NCBI GenBank assembly: GCA_951406725.2
Contig: OX597829.1
Coordinates: forward strand, 47,554,001 to 47,618,000
DNA: 64,000 nt
Source of the DNA: Octopus vulgaris
Taxonomy: Eukaryota
Direction: 5' to 3'
Shown: one piece after another, positions 1 through 12,798 of the stretch
Layout: each line of letters starts with the position of its first letter
Numbering within the stretch: the first letter of the stretch is position 1
Program-made: the position numbers and the translations under genes
The notes under the pieces: model-generated
What the model saw: the letters and a program-made list of their open reading frames with translations, nothing else
Told to the model about the DNA's origin: nothing
The model's database searches: none

Positions 1-920
1 TACACACCAAAATAACTTTAAAACATGATAAATTTTTTGCGGTCCGCTGGTGGTGGTGGTGGTGGTGGAGTGGAGAAGAGCGATAATTAACATGGGTCCA
101 TACAATGAGAGTAATGTTTTGGATAAAACAAAGGGACAGAGGGAGACAGACAGACAGAAAAAGAGATGAGGATGGTAGAGGGGGGGAAATGGTTAAAGAT
201 CTGAGAACGATTAAGATAGAGATGACTGAGAATGGCAATATGAGTTTAAGAGGAAGAGAGATTAAGAAAACAGTCTTTTGTAGCCAGGGAGCCTAATTGC
301 TGATTCCCTGTTTATATGTTGCCCAATTTTCTGATGGTCTGACTGTGATAACAGTATATCAGTCTCGGCCTGGCATCCACGACTCGCCAGTTGAGAGATT
401 TTACTTGACAACATGGAAAGTTTGGGAAATTTAACCTTAACAATAAACACAGTGAACAGTTTGGACTCATATTGAATGGAGCAAATGGCGCTCTGAACAT
501 GTGGCCCTGGACAGAATACTGTTTTACTGTTGGTGTTATACTTGTATCAATAGTTTAGAGAGTAAGATAATTTTATGTAAACTACGGGCCGCAAGAAAAT
601 TGCACCAACGGATTTGAACTCCCAAAACGTCAGTTCAATATCCTATCAAATAATATTTAGTTCCCTTCTCGAAAGATATTTGCTAATAAAAAAAATAATT
701 GGTGTGTGTGTGTGTGTTTGCGCGCGCCATTGTTTGTATTTGCCGCTCCCACACCATTTGACAACCGGTGTTGGTCTGTGTACGTCCTCAAAAAGAGGCC
801 TATAGAATAAGTTCAAGGCTTAGGGAAAAAAAGAATTGATTTGCTTGACTAAATCCTTCAATGCGGTGCCCCAGCATGGCCGCAGTCTAATGGCTAAAAC
901 AAGTAAAAGATAAAATATAT

Positions 921-1497
921 AGGCGCAGGAATTTCTATGTGGTTTGAAGCTTGCTTCTCAACCCCGTGGCACCTTCGGCAAGTATCATCTGCTATAGCCT
1001 CGGGCTGACCAAAGCAGTGTGAGTGGATTTAATAGACGGAAACTGAAAAGGAGCCTATCGTATATGTATATTTTGCATGTGTGCGGGTATCTTTGTGTCT
1101 GTGTTTTATCTCCCACTCCCCATCATCGCTTGACAATCTGTGTCAGCGTTTTCGTCCCTGTAACTTAGTGGTTTGGCAAAAGAGACCGATATAATAAATA
1201 CTTGGCTGACGAAATGAATTCTGGTGTCGATTTGTTCGACTAAAAAACCCTTCAACGTGGTGCCCAGCATGGCCACAGTCTATTGACTGAAACAAGTAAA
1301 ATATAAAAGATATACTTGGATTGATTTGTTCAACTAAAACTCTTCAATGTGGTGCCCCAGCATGACCACAGTCAAATGAATGAAATAAGTAAAAGATAAG
1401 ATATACTGGGATTGATTTGTTCAACTAAAACCCTTCAAGGTGGTGCCCCAGCATGGCCACAGTTTAATGACTGAAACAAGTAAAAGATAAAAGATAT
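921..1497 (+). mobile_element. tRNA-derived SINE family A with tandemly triplicated 3' tail
   Basis: AGGCGCAGGA head; body shared with the 25803 copy; ~90-bp tail (gatttgttcaactaaaac...cagcatggccacagtc...aagtaaaagat) repeated 3 times. Confidence 0.75.
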
Positions 1498-2416
1498 AAA
1501 ATATGTTTTAAAGAAAATGTTGTGGCTGAGGAAAGAGATGTTTCTAAAACTAAATTGAAAACTTCCGTTCATCATTGATGTCAAAAGAAGTCCATAAATG
1601 TCGTCGAGAGATAATATCTTCTATGCAGGGCAGGAAAAATAGCCACAAGGAAATTTATTATCCTAACATCAGTCTGTACTCTTCAGATGTGTGTATATGC
1701 GTGTGTGTGTGTGTGTGTGTGTGTGTCAGTGAGTGACTAAAGTAGCGTGTGTGTATATGCATTTATAACATAAGTAACTCTCACTCAATGTATAAGGGTT
1801 AAATCTGAATACACATCACAGAACATGTTTCAACAGAGAAACAAACGTACGCGCTTGTTTACGTACGTACGCACGCACGCACGCACGCGCGCACACATTA
1901 ACTCTCTAAGCATCATAGGAATATAGGATGATATCTATGACACTACTTAACGGTATCAATTCCATCAGATTCACAACTGCTAGTGATAGACGTGAACTTT
2001 CTAGATAACAATGCCACACACGACGACGAACCACTGTAGTCGGCTAGCCCGTGGGTGGAATGTCTGTCTACCAAATAGTAAGTTTTACCAGTAGGAGCAG
2101 AACAACTGGAAGTAAAAAAAAAAAAAAAAGAAAACCTCTTTCCGTTGACATCTTAACTAAAATTACTAATCTTACTACGCCACCTTTAACCCTAACCCTT
2201 ATTCCCTTTAAAGAAATAACAGCTTTTAAGTTAGCCCACGAGACTAAATTAGATGACTGTGTTAGTCGATAACTTTAACCTCAGTACTAGGCTGGTTCTT
2301 TATTTTAATCAAACCCAGAAGGTTGAAAGGCCTTTGCCTTTCTATAATGCTGGGTTTATTCAATGGCAGCATTTGAACTCGGAACCCTCTAATGGTTCTG
2401 TAAATGCAATGTTCAG

Positions 2417-2448
<32 letters not shown>

Positions 2449-2455
2449 TAATTAA

Positions 2456-3040
2456 TTAATAATGCCCTGATGCAGTACCAGGCAGTGGCTCTCGTAACTT
2501 CTGATCTTTACTGATTGGAAGTGTTATCATGTACATTGTTTTGTCTTGGTATAAAAGATGGGCTGCAGCAAATATTCTGCTCAATACCACAGATTTGCTT
2601 GTCAGTTGTTTGACCTTAACCAGTTGAGCATGTCCCTTAGTGGCTGACGATATGTGCATGTCTGATCACGAGCAGAAGTAGTGGGGGAGCATCATAGCCA
2701 TGTGTTGAGAGGGATTCTTTGGGGTTTGAATAATTCACCTCTGGAAACATGGGTGGCTCTTTCAACATCCTTAAACAACCCTTATTGAGGGACCTTTTGA
2801 GCGGGATGGGCTACTCAACCTGAAGAAAATTCTAACTGGGCCCCACCTGCAAGGTCATGTGCTGTTTATCTTGATATGAGATCACCATGTCGCGCACATA
2901 TGGTTGTGATGCATGTGCCTAGTGTACCCTTATCAGATGGGTAGTCATGATGGGTATACTGGGCTTCATATATTTTACACCAGTGTCACTTTGATGGCAT
3001 GCACTGCTCTCTCACTCAATAATAATAATAATAATAATAA
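2456..3040 (+). mobile_element. (AAT)n-flanked non-LTR retroelement fragment (probable Dong/R4 non-coding end)
   Basis: Bounded by (AAT)n on both sides; its last ~150 bp recur inverted at 44428-44580, directly adjoining R4-type RT sequence, and at 58270-58335. Confidence 0.55.
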
Positions 3041-3252
3041 TCCTTTTCACTATAGGCACAAGGCCTGAAATTTTGGGAGAGGGGACTAGTCAATTACATT
3101 AACCCCAGAACTCAACTGGTACTTAATTTATCATCCCCGAAGGATGAAGGGCGAAGTCCACCTCGTGCCTTTTAAACCCACAATGTAAAAATGGACGAAA
3201 TACTGCTAAGCGTTTTTCTAGGCGTACTAACTAATCTGCTGGCTCGCCGCTT
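3040..3252 (-). mobile_element. SINE family B copy
   Basis: Reverse complement of the family at 48170 (AAGGCGGCGAGCTGGCAGA head). Confidence 0.65.
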
Positions 3253-3587
3253 TAACAATGATAATAATCCTTTCTACCAAATGCTGAAGGCCTGAAATAT
3301 GGCGGAAGATGGACATAATGCCGCTAAACACTCCCCCCGGCGTGCTAACGATTCTGCAAGTTTATCGCCCTAATAATGATAATAATAGTACGTAATAATA
3401 ATGTTTCTAACATAGGAACGAATACATACATTTGAAGAAAGGTATTACTTGATTGAAACCAACCCTTCTGCTAGTGTAAATCTTTGTGTACGAAGATCGA
3501 TATAACTATAACGCTGATGACGGCGACGATGATGATGATAATTAAGTTGGATTAGTTATTTTAAACTTAATGTTTCTCCTTTTGCAG

Positions 3588-3658
3588 CAAGCTGAAAAAC
3601 GAAATCCACGGTTACTCTTGTTTCCGCATCAAATGAAATACTTAAACGAAGCAGCAAA
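3588..3658 (+). CDS. FHDC1: Inverted formin (FHDC1/INF2 family), FH2 exon (first visible exon; gene begins upstream)
   Basis: tttctccttttgcAG acceptor and GTAAGT donor; 71 nt, phase 0->2; QAEKRNPRLLLFPHQMKYLNEAAK resembles INF2 EAEKSHPDLLQLP and FHDC1 EAQKKDTILLNFS. Confidence 0.8.
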
Positions 3659-4263
3659 GTAAGTCGACTTAAAATACTAATCTTTGAAAATGTCTTTAAT
3701 TTTTCACCAATTAATTTTTTTAAACACCCGTCCAAAAAACCTAAGTATTTAGAAGGTGATGTCCATTTTTTTCACTTGGTTCATGCACTAGTGTAAATCT
3801 GACAAAATTACCATGGTTAATAATGTTCATGGTGGTGGTGATGGTGGCTGTAGTTGGAAGGATGCTATAAATTATGGAAAAATATGTATATGGAATATCG
3901 CAACTGATCACTTCACGCTTCATATATGGTTACATTTCTGATCGATATGTTACAACTGAGATGTTATTGGTAAAACATGTTCTTTGTCTATCTCCTTATC
4001 CTCTTGGAGATTTGGGGTAAAATTATACTAATGTGTTCTTCTAATTTAATTAAATTCTATGTCTTAATGCAGCTGAAGATTGCTCTACATTTTAAATTGA
4101 TATAATGAAATGATTGCATTGTTCAATTAAATGGAGTCGATTGAAACGATCGTACTGCATTACTGCTTATTTTGATTTTAATCACCTTATTTTGAAATTG
4201 TATGGATAATACCATACTAAATTCTGGTGCCTCGACTTAAGTACCATATTCATCTGAATCTAA

Positions 4264-4306
<43 letters not shown>

Positions 4307-4313
<7 letters not shown>

Positions 4314-4579
4314 TAAAGCGAGTAGCCACATCAAAGTGGATGTCGAATGATACTACTAGTTTAACCCTAGGCGGATTCTGGTTTTCGGTGCAAGCTCTGC
4401 ACCCTTTATATACAACATATCGCCAGCTGGGAGAGCGAACGAACCCCCTACTAGCGATATATTATATGCAAATGGTGCAGAGCTTGCAGCGAAAACCAGT
4501 AGGCGGAGAATATGCTTGGGGTTAAACTAGCAGTAGTAATCTACAACCGCTTTGATGTGGCTACTCGCTGTACTGTTTA
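4307..4579. repeat. ~270-bp fold-back (long imperfect palindrome) in a formin intron
   Basis: Arms gcgagtagccacatcaaag..ctagtttaaccc..ggttttcg.tgcaagctctgcacc and their reverse complement, with a short central loop; abuts (TA)n. Confidence 0.85.
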
Positions 4580-5056
4580 GTATACGTCACTACTCTATCG
4601 CCTCTTGAGATTTTATAACTAGTTATTTTACTTTATATATATATATATACGTATGTGCAGCTGAGACTGCAAGTAGTTGTAGTAAATATACCGTATTTTA
4701 TTTCAGTGGTATATTTGAACTCCATCTTTCCTACTTACTTCGGACAGAGGTCATAGTATCAACTTGCTGTTAAGTCGTACATTCGAAGTGATTACATATA
4801 TCTCTCATAAATGAACATAGATTACTATATGTCTCGATTCATTCGCATCTATTTTATAAGACTTTGAATGTTTAGTTCGGTCGATAACAACTGCACAAAA
4901 CTCATTGTTAAAACGTGTGGGATATCCATTAACAGTTGCATGCGTACGTGCAAATCTAACCTCAAGAGAACAATGTTCTTATTCTATATCTTTTGTCAAT
5001 GCGTTCGTGAGATGACATCTTGTTTTCATTTCCATATTTTTTTACATTTTTTTTAG

Positions 5057-5177
5057 ATCGTCAATACAGTCCTTAACGGCTGACATTTCAAATCTTGGAA
5101 AGAAAATTCAAAATATTAGTACACAAGTAGAAACTATGGATGAAGAATTCAAATTTCAAATGGCAGACTTTCTACAG
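5057..5177 (+). CDS. FHDC1: Inverted formin FH2 exon
   Basis: ttttttttAG / GTAAAC; 121 nt, phase 2->0, fits both neighbours; ends ...EFKFQMADFLQ (FHDC1 QQMEDFLQ). Confidence 0.85.
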
Positions 5178-5233
5178 GTAAACACCGTAGGATTTCTTTC
5201 TTTTATCATGTGTATTTTAAGGTTTATTATCGC

Positions 5234-5415
5234 AGGCGCAGGAGTGGCTGTGCGCAGGAGTAGCTTGCTTATCAACCACATGGTTCCGGATTCAGTCCCA
5301 CTGGGCGTCTTCTATTATAGCCTCGGGATGACCAAAGCCTTGGGAGTGGATTTGGTAAGCGGAAACTGAAAGAAGCCCGTCATATATATGTATATATATA
5401 TATATATATGTGCAC

Positions 5416-5464
<49 letters not shown>

Positions 5465-5650
5465 CTTCGGTGTGTGTAACGTTTCGGCAGACGAAATACC
5501 TATTTCTTTACTGCCAGGGGCTAAATACAGAGAGGACAAACAAGGACAAAAGGATTAGGTCGATTACATCGATCACCAATGCGTAACTGGTAATTATTTA
5601 ATCCACCCCGAAACGATGAAAGGCTAAGTCGACCTCGGCGGAATTTGACC
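5234..5650. mobile_element. SINE A 5' half (+) joined through (TA)/(TG)n to SINE B (-)
   Basis: A-box GTGGCTGTGCG and B-box-like GATTCAGTCCC at 5234-5385; inverted SINE B body at 5484-5650. Confidence 0.65.
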
Positions 5651-5985
5651 CGAGGATTGCATTATGGACACCGCTTTCGTTTTAATTTACCGTGTAAACA
5701 ATTAAACTCATCGAGCGGACCAACGGCGGAGCCATTAGATTAAGCATTGGACAATACCGGAACATGTTATGGAAACGAACTTAAATTCTGATTTTAAGCG
5801 TTTTCAATTTTGTTTGAATCGATCTTTAATTGCCGAGTCTTATGAATATGGTTATGTTTGTTTTTCTTTCTAGTTTTGTTTTCCTTTAGGATATTGCTAC
5901 ATCGCTAAAAATTTTTAAAGATAGAATTTCCTGCTGTAATATCTACTGACATATTAATTGTCTTCGTTCAATTTTCTTTTTCAAG

Positions 5986-6150
5986 TGGGCAAATAGCGAA
6001 ATGAAAAGTCTTCAGGTTGATCTTAATATTATCAATGAACTGCAGAAAGAGCTAGCAGATTTCTTCTGTGAAGATGTAAAAACATTTAAGTTAGACGAGT
6101 GTTTCGATACACTGAGAACATTCTGTGAGAAGTTTCTGAAAGCAATACAG
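5986..6150 (+). CDS. FHDC1: Inverted formin FH2 C-terminal exon
   Basis: ttttctttttcaAG / GTTGGT; 165 nt, phase 0->0; ELADFFCEDVKTFKLDECFDTLRTFCEKFLKAIQ closely matches the FHDC1 motif DFFCEDKKTMKLDECFQIFRDFCTKFNKAVK. Confidence 0.92.
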
Positions 6151-6185
6151 GTTGGTTACCAATTTCACTACACAATGTACTAAAC

Positions 6186-6221
<36 letters not shown>

Positions 6222-6548
6222 TAATAATTGTGCAAAATGTGTCGTATATAGGAACATTCTTTTTTATACACATACATTTTCTTTCTTTCGCATTCGTACA
6301 CTTGCTTATATACATTTAGATTTAGCTACTAGAATCATAGTCTGCAGATACAAACTGACTTCATTAGATTCTTTGGAAGGTGTCACCTTCCAAGGTGACT
6401 AAACAAATGAAGTGTAACAAGGCATTTTATTTCAATTTCGTATAATCTAGTTTGTTGTAACTGAAGTTAAGTTATATTAACTTTTATTCCAATTTTTATT
6501 TTGATTCAAATGATCAACCACACTTTTTGGTATTTTTTCTTTTAAAAG

Positions 6549-6618
6549 GAAAATAAACAGTGGAGCCTTGCCGTAGAACAAAATGAGATGCGCAAAAAGC
6601 TTGAACTAAAGAAAGATG
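6549..6618 (+). CDS. FHDC1: Inverted formin post-FH2 coiled-coil exon
   Basis: tttttctttaaaAG / GTAAGG; 70 nt, phase 0->1; ENKQWSLAVEQNEMRKKLELKKD (INF2 ENKDRKEQ...). Confidence 0.8.
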
Positions 6619-7401
6619 GTAAGGCATTGATTAAATATTCTAGATTTTCTTAGAATAATTACCTTTGGCTGTGAGAGGTTTACATACTGAAATCTTGGAC
6701 ACATACGCACACACATATATAAATGCGTATGTGTGTGCGTGTGTGTATGTGTCATGTATATCATATATTGTATAAAATTTTTAGTAGCAAGTCAACCTGA
6801 GCACTACATAATATATATTACATATACACATTTATATATATATATATTAAGTTATATATATTACATATATATATATATTAAGTTATATATATATATATTA
6901 AGTTATATATATTTCATATATATCTATATATATTAAGTATATATATATATTATATATATATATATATATATATTAAGTTATATATATATTACATATATAT
7001 ATATATATATAATTATATATATTAATATATATATATATAATTTTATATATATATTACATATATATATATATATATTATATATATATATATATTATATTAA
7101 TTATATATATTACATATATATATATTAAATTATATATATATTACACACATACACACACACACACATATATATATATATTAAAATTATATATATTACATAT
7201 AAAATTTGTGTTTGTTTTAATGGAAAAATCATCAGCTGTTATCGTCAAAATATACTTTGGAATATATTTTTAATATTCTTTTTCTCATTTTCATTACAAC
7301 AGTATTTTGTACTCTTTCGAGTCTTATTTATCAGATATTTATATTATTTGTGTAATTTTTTATTTCATTGCCTTTTATTTTTATTTTCTTCTTTTTCGCA
7401 G

Positions 7402-10400
7402 AAGATATGCTCTTGCAAAAGGAAAAGGGTTCTATTGTTGATTTGCTGCTTGCTGATGTCCGCAGCGGTTTTGGTAGCCACAATTTCATCAGTGATAATT
7501 CGTCTGTTGGAACATTTGACAGTATAAGTGAAAGAACTTCTTCTTACATGTCCAGCGACAGTGAAACTACCCAAAATAGTGATAGTAATCAATCGGAATT
7601 TATGAATGGAGATAGCAACTTGACAGAGGAACCTGTGTCTGATTTTGTTCGTCTAGGGTTCGGAAGAAAAAGTATGCGCAAATCAAAGCACAAAAATAAT
7701 TTCCGCTCTAACAGTTCTGACAGCATATGTACAAGCCAAGGAAGCAGACAAGCATCAAGTGAAAACAATACTGATACAGAAAGTCTTGGCAGCAGTCAAG
7801 ATGACAGAGCAAGTTTCCGTCGAATGAGGTACTCAAAGGGAAATGATGACGAATTGTTTGAGTATTTGGGCAATGGATCAGATCAAATAGCATTCAGGAG
7901 AAGCTATCATGGTCATCCAAGAAATCAAAAGCGTTTGGTAAGGAGAAACACAAGTATTACTTTTGAACGCGAAAGAGGGCCGTCTCCACCTATGTTCGAC
8001 GACTCTAACGACTCCATGAGATTTCTTTTCAATAAAGATAAAGTACCTCTTGTAGACGGAAGAACCAAATCAGACACTTTAACCACCCCCAAACCAATAA
8101 AAGAGTCTCTTCGAAAATCGGCGAGCGCTCTAGAAAAGAGAGATATAGATCGGGCAGTGAAAAAAAGAGAAGCACTTGTTGAAGCGAAAGAACAACGGTA
8201 TGACAGAAATTGTTTTAAAAGAACACCCAGTCTATCTGCCTCTTACAAGCATTACAGTAAAGATTATTATCATTGTGATGAAAATTCTCAACCTTCCTCG
8301 TCAACACCGGCATTAGGGCTCAAAAGCCCAACTAGAGTAGAAAGATCGAATTTATTCAAATCGGCTGGAGATGGAGAGGATTCGTGTAAAAGGAATACGA
8401 AACAAGTCGGCAACAGTGTGATAAACCTGGATAAAATTAATAGTGGCGTAAAATCGAACTCTCCGTATGTACTTACAAGGGATGAACTTTTGGAGTCAGG
8501 TGGGTCATTGGAAAAACCTGCTGACTCCAATAAGGTAACTCCAGAACATTATTCATCAGATAGAAATCGCGTTTCTGTATCTGTCAGATCACAACTTAGC
8601 CGGCAATGGCAAACGAACTTAGATCCAGAAAACATGGACTCTATGCTGAAGAAGATGGACAGCATCAACAGTGAGAAAAATGAAACTGAAACACATCTAT
8701 CTCCGGAAGAGAAAAGCGAAGCGAAAAGAAAATGTACTTCGTCAGACACACCCAATGACAAAGAAAGTAGGTCGCGTCGTGATAGACGTAAGGTAAGACG
8801 GAAATTATCAACAGATGAAATCGAAGATGCTTTACAATCTCACAATCAACCAGTTACATCAACTGATCACAATGTGTCCGGAGAAAACTATCTTGAAAAT
8901 AATTCGGAAGCCAAAACACCACGGTCTCGATCTGGAAGTGACAGTACTGGAGAGAGCGAAAGAGTTAAAACTCGTAAAGAAGAAAGGCCACACAAGCTGA
9001 CAGGCAAAAGAAGGTTTCTCGCAGAGCGGTTCGGAGACAAAGAGCATGGTTCGACCGGACGCTGTCGTAGTAACGTAGAAAAGGAGTCTGTCGATCGTGC
9101 TCTTCAAAATTTAATGCCCCAAGGATCAATGAACCGATCAAAATCCTTTGAATCTGTAGCACGAAAAAATAACAATAAATCAAATATGAAAAAGGGGCCG
9201 AATAGTGGAAGTACACCAGACACATCTCAGGAGAAGAATAATTTAAGAGGCGATTGCATGGGTCATTTCTCATATAAAGGAAATGATGACAGCGAGAATG
9301 AAGCGCCTGCCGAAAATGTTCGGCATTCATCAAAGAACTCTAGTCGCTTATCGGTGAAATCGACTTCAACCGAAACTTTGCAGGCAGAGAATTATAGTGA
9401 CAATGAGTCAAATAACTTATCTGAACACAAAATGAAACCCAACACGGAAAACGATGAAATAAATGATAAACGAAGAGGAACGGAAGAAAAGAAATTAACG
9501 GAAGAGATCAAGGATAATCCGAATTCGAGCTATTCGGTGAACAACTCGACTGCTACGGTGGAAAGAAGGCCTCACCGCACTCATAGTTTGATTGAGCATT
9601 CATCATATCTAATAGACCACAGCTCTTCTCCTATTACCTCATGTGAAGATGATGTGAACCCAACCATTATCTTGGCGAAATGGCGTGTTAAGAGACAGGA
9701 AAAACGAAGGAGCCAGAGTAGCTGCATGAATGAAACAGATAAACTGAGGAATATAGATAGTAGTGGTAAACTAGAGCATGGAATCCTGATGCCAAATTCT
9801 GATTGCGGTTTTAAAAACGAATCCAGTTGTAGAAACAGCGTAGCCTCTGCTTCCGACAAAGATGAAGGGTTTGAAACTATGAGTGAGACTATAAGTCAAA
9901 GAACTTCGGTTAGTAGCAATTTAGACTTGGAATCTAGCTACGGTACTTCAGTATGTTATAGGAAATCAGAAAGTAATAGACATAGAATAGAACATGATTT
10001 CCTTAAACATGAGACTGAACTTGATAGCGCTCGACATAACCGTAAATCTGGAATCATAACTGTTAATAGGGTGGCAACAGATGTTTCCGAATCAGATGTT
10101 CGCAAGCAACGGACGGAATCTTGGACAGAATCAACTGTTCGTGTGAATGCTTCAAATTTGAATGAAAACATATTCCTGGACAGAAAGGCTAACTATTCAA
10201 CACCTTTATTGAAGAAAACTGGAGATTATTCGAAAGATAACCATTGGAATGATGCAATGGAAAACAAAACAAAACCACCTTTAGTGAGGCAGTTGTCAAT
10301 ATCTAACCACACAAACACACCCGATAAAATTGTTTCTGACACAGCTGATAAGGACTCTATTAAAATGCTTGATAGTACCAATGTATCACCTAAGGCAACA

Positions 10401-11570
10401 CAAAAAGCCGCTAGTATTCCAAGTTACATGAAGAAAACATCTAGCAGTAAAAAAAAAGTAATAAAGGAACCTGTGGAGCTTCAACCAACAATCAAACGTT
10501 CTAGTTTTTCTCGCAGTTCGCATCGTTCCATGAAGCATGTTCCGATCAGCTCACAATCAAACAAGTCTGGTTCAACAGAAAGTGTGTCATCGTCGTCTCA
10601 AAACGAAAGAATTAACAATTCTCTACTCAGACGGTCAATTGCTGGAACAACTGCAAAATCAACTTCATCTATTACGCCATCGAAACTTGGGTCTTCTTCA
10701 AATGTTACCAAATTGCAACCCCTTTCTTCATCTCGAGCAACCAACTCTTTCAACAGCAAACTCCCTTCGACCGAATCAAAAATAACCAGATCTACTTCTT
10801 TTAACAGAAGCCATGCATCAAGTTTCATGTCACCTACCGCATCATCAAGAGCTAAAAAAGATCCCAAACAATCTACTGCGAATACTCAAGAAAGTATGAA
10901 TAGCAGTAGCTTGCCAACTACGACTGCATCAACTACAAAATCAAGTTCGGGTAATGTCAAACCTTCGCTTGCTAAATCATCTAGTTTGCCGAAAAGAAAA
11001 ACAGATTCAAATAGCTCAAGTTGTAATACAAAGCAGCTTCATTCCTCGTTAAAAGCAAACACCACCTCGTCTCCCTTCTCGAGAACAAGTAGTATACGGC
11101 GTTCTATGGGGGTGACTCGGTCGCCACCCGAGAAGCCTACCAATCAAAAAGTGAAAAATAGCTCTGCATACGAAGAAAATAAACACACTGATGTTAAAAA
11201 TAACAATAATAGTAATACCAATACCAATAACAAAAAGAGACTTAGCAGTACTTCCATGGATAAGGCATCAAACATAAACGGTTCTCAAAATGAACTGGCT
11301 CGCAAATCCCGAATGCCAGTCAAATCTGTAGAATCAACGGTTATAAGTGAGAAAACTGTCAAAGAACGCAAGTCCCAGAAGACATCAGATCAAAATTTGC
11401 CCAGCAAAAAATTATCGATAAGTGATAGAGAAATAGATAATGGCGGTTTTAAATTAAGTGACAGCGAAGAGACTGTGGCAAGTAATAGTGTAAAAGACAG
11501 ATTTAAAAAGAAATTTTCCAAATCAAAAGACAAGAGTTACAGACGAGTCATTAGTAACATAACAACTTGA
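7402..11570 (+). CDS. FHDC1: Inverted formin giant terminal exon: DAD/WH2-like motif plus long Ser/Lys-rich disordered tail
   Basis: ttttcttctttttcgcAG acceptor in phase 1, matching the previous exon; 4169 nt open to TGA; starts with EKGSIVDLLLADVRSGF (INF2 [16 protein letters not shown]). Confidence 0.92.
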
Positions 11571-12363
11571 TTAGCGCTTCTTGAGAAAGCTGCAAAATAC
11601 ATTTAAAAACTATCCTTATAGTATGTGCGTACATAAGTTTATAGCTCGTACAAGATTTGATCATTCGAGTGCCTTTTGTATACAGAATTGAACACAACTA
11701 AATTATTTTTATACCTCAAATACTATTAAACTGTTGCAATTTTCTTTAAAATATTAATGAATTTTAAAACGAGGAATACACTATTGTATTCTTTGACATT
11801 GCATCATACACACAGTGATAAAAACTTACATGCGAATATTCGTGACATCTAGAAAAAAAAATTTACTGTTTATCATACCAATTTTTGTTTTCGTTCTCAA
11901 GTCGGGTGTCATGTATAATGGTTATTATCACATCATTTAAATATCATATTTTAAGCAAATATTTACAGCATCACCAAGTGCACCTCTGTATTCCGACTGT
12001 ATTACCATTGTTATTGTCATAATTGCAACTTTAAACGAACAATGAAATGACAAGATAACCGAATCAAATATGCAAATTTATTTGCTCATATTGTTGTAGC
12101 TGCAGTTATATAAACAAGAAATATCAGAAGGAAACAAGACGAAGTAGGGATTGGGCGGGGTTATTTTGAAAATTCCTTCTAATTATGAAAATCATAATTA
12201 AAGGACGAAATTAAAAATTATGGTCTTTTAAGGAAGTTCCACGCGCTTTCAACGTGAGTGGACACCATAAATGAGTTGACATATTCGACGCGGTGGCTAT
12301 CTGTTCTGTTCAGAAAATATAGCCTGTTATCTCTGGGATATGGGAATAAGTTGGCCACAAGTT

Positions 12364-12403
<40 letters not shown>

Positions 12404-12798
12404 TATACATACACAAACACATACACATACAAACACACAAATTTGTAGTGTAATATACGAATTCATATAATCATGTGGCTTTTACGTAAAGCTCTTCTAA
12501 CGGACCCGGCTAGCAAGATAAAATATAAACGTTTACGGTTATATTTTAATTAATTACGAAGGGCAGTCTTCGAAAATACAAGCCTTACAAGTATGGCCGC
12601 AGTCAAACGACTGAAATGAGTGGTGGAAAAGGAAAAGCGAAATCAACCGTTTTTTTTTTTTTGGTTTTCTTTATAATAAAAGCTGTTTATTCCAAACTGC
12701 ATACAAAGTTATGTAATACATACAATATATGCAACATATGCAATATTATTAATGTTCATTTACATCTCCAGACATCCTGTATTGAAACACAATCAACT

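Noticed and set aside
1205-1497. CRISPR-like repeat array
   Set aside because: Contiguous SINE-tail duplicates without unique spacers; eukaryotic context and no cas genes
2184-2202. Telomeric TAACCC repeats
   Set aside because: Only two units, which is expected by chance
7368-7401. TTG start of the 1400-aa ORF as a standalone gene
   Set aside because: It is the polypyrimidine tract of the intron; the true exon starts at 7402 in phase with the upstream FH2 exons
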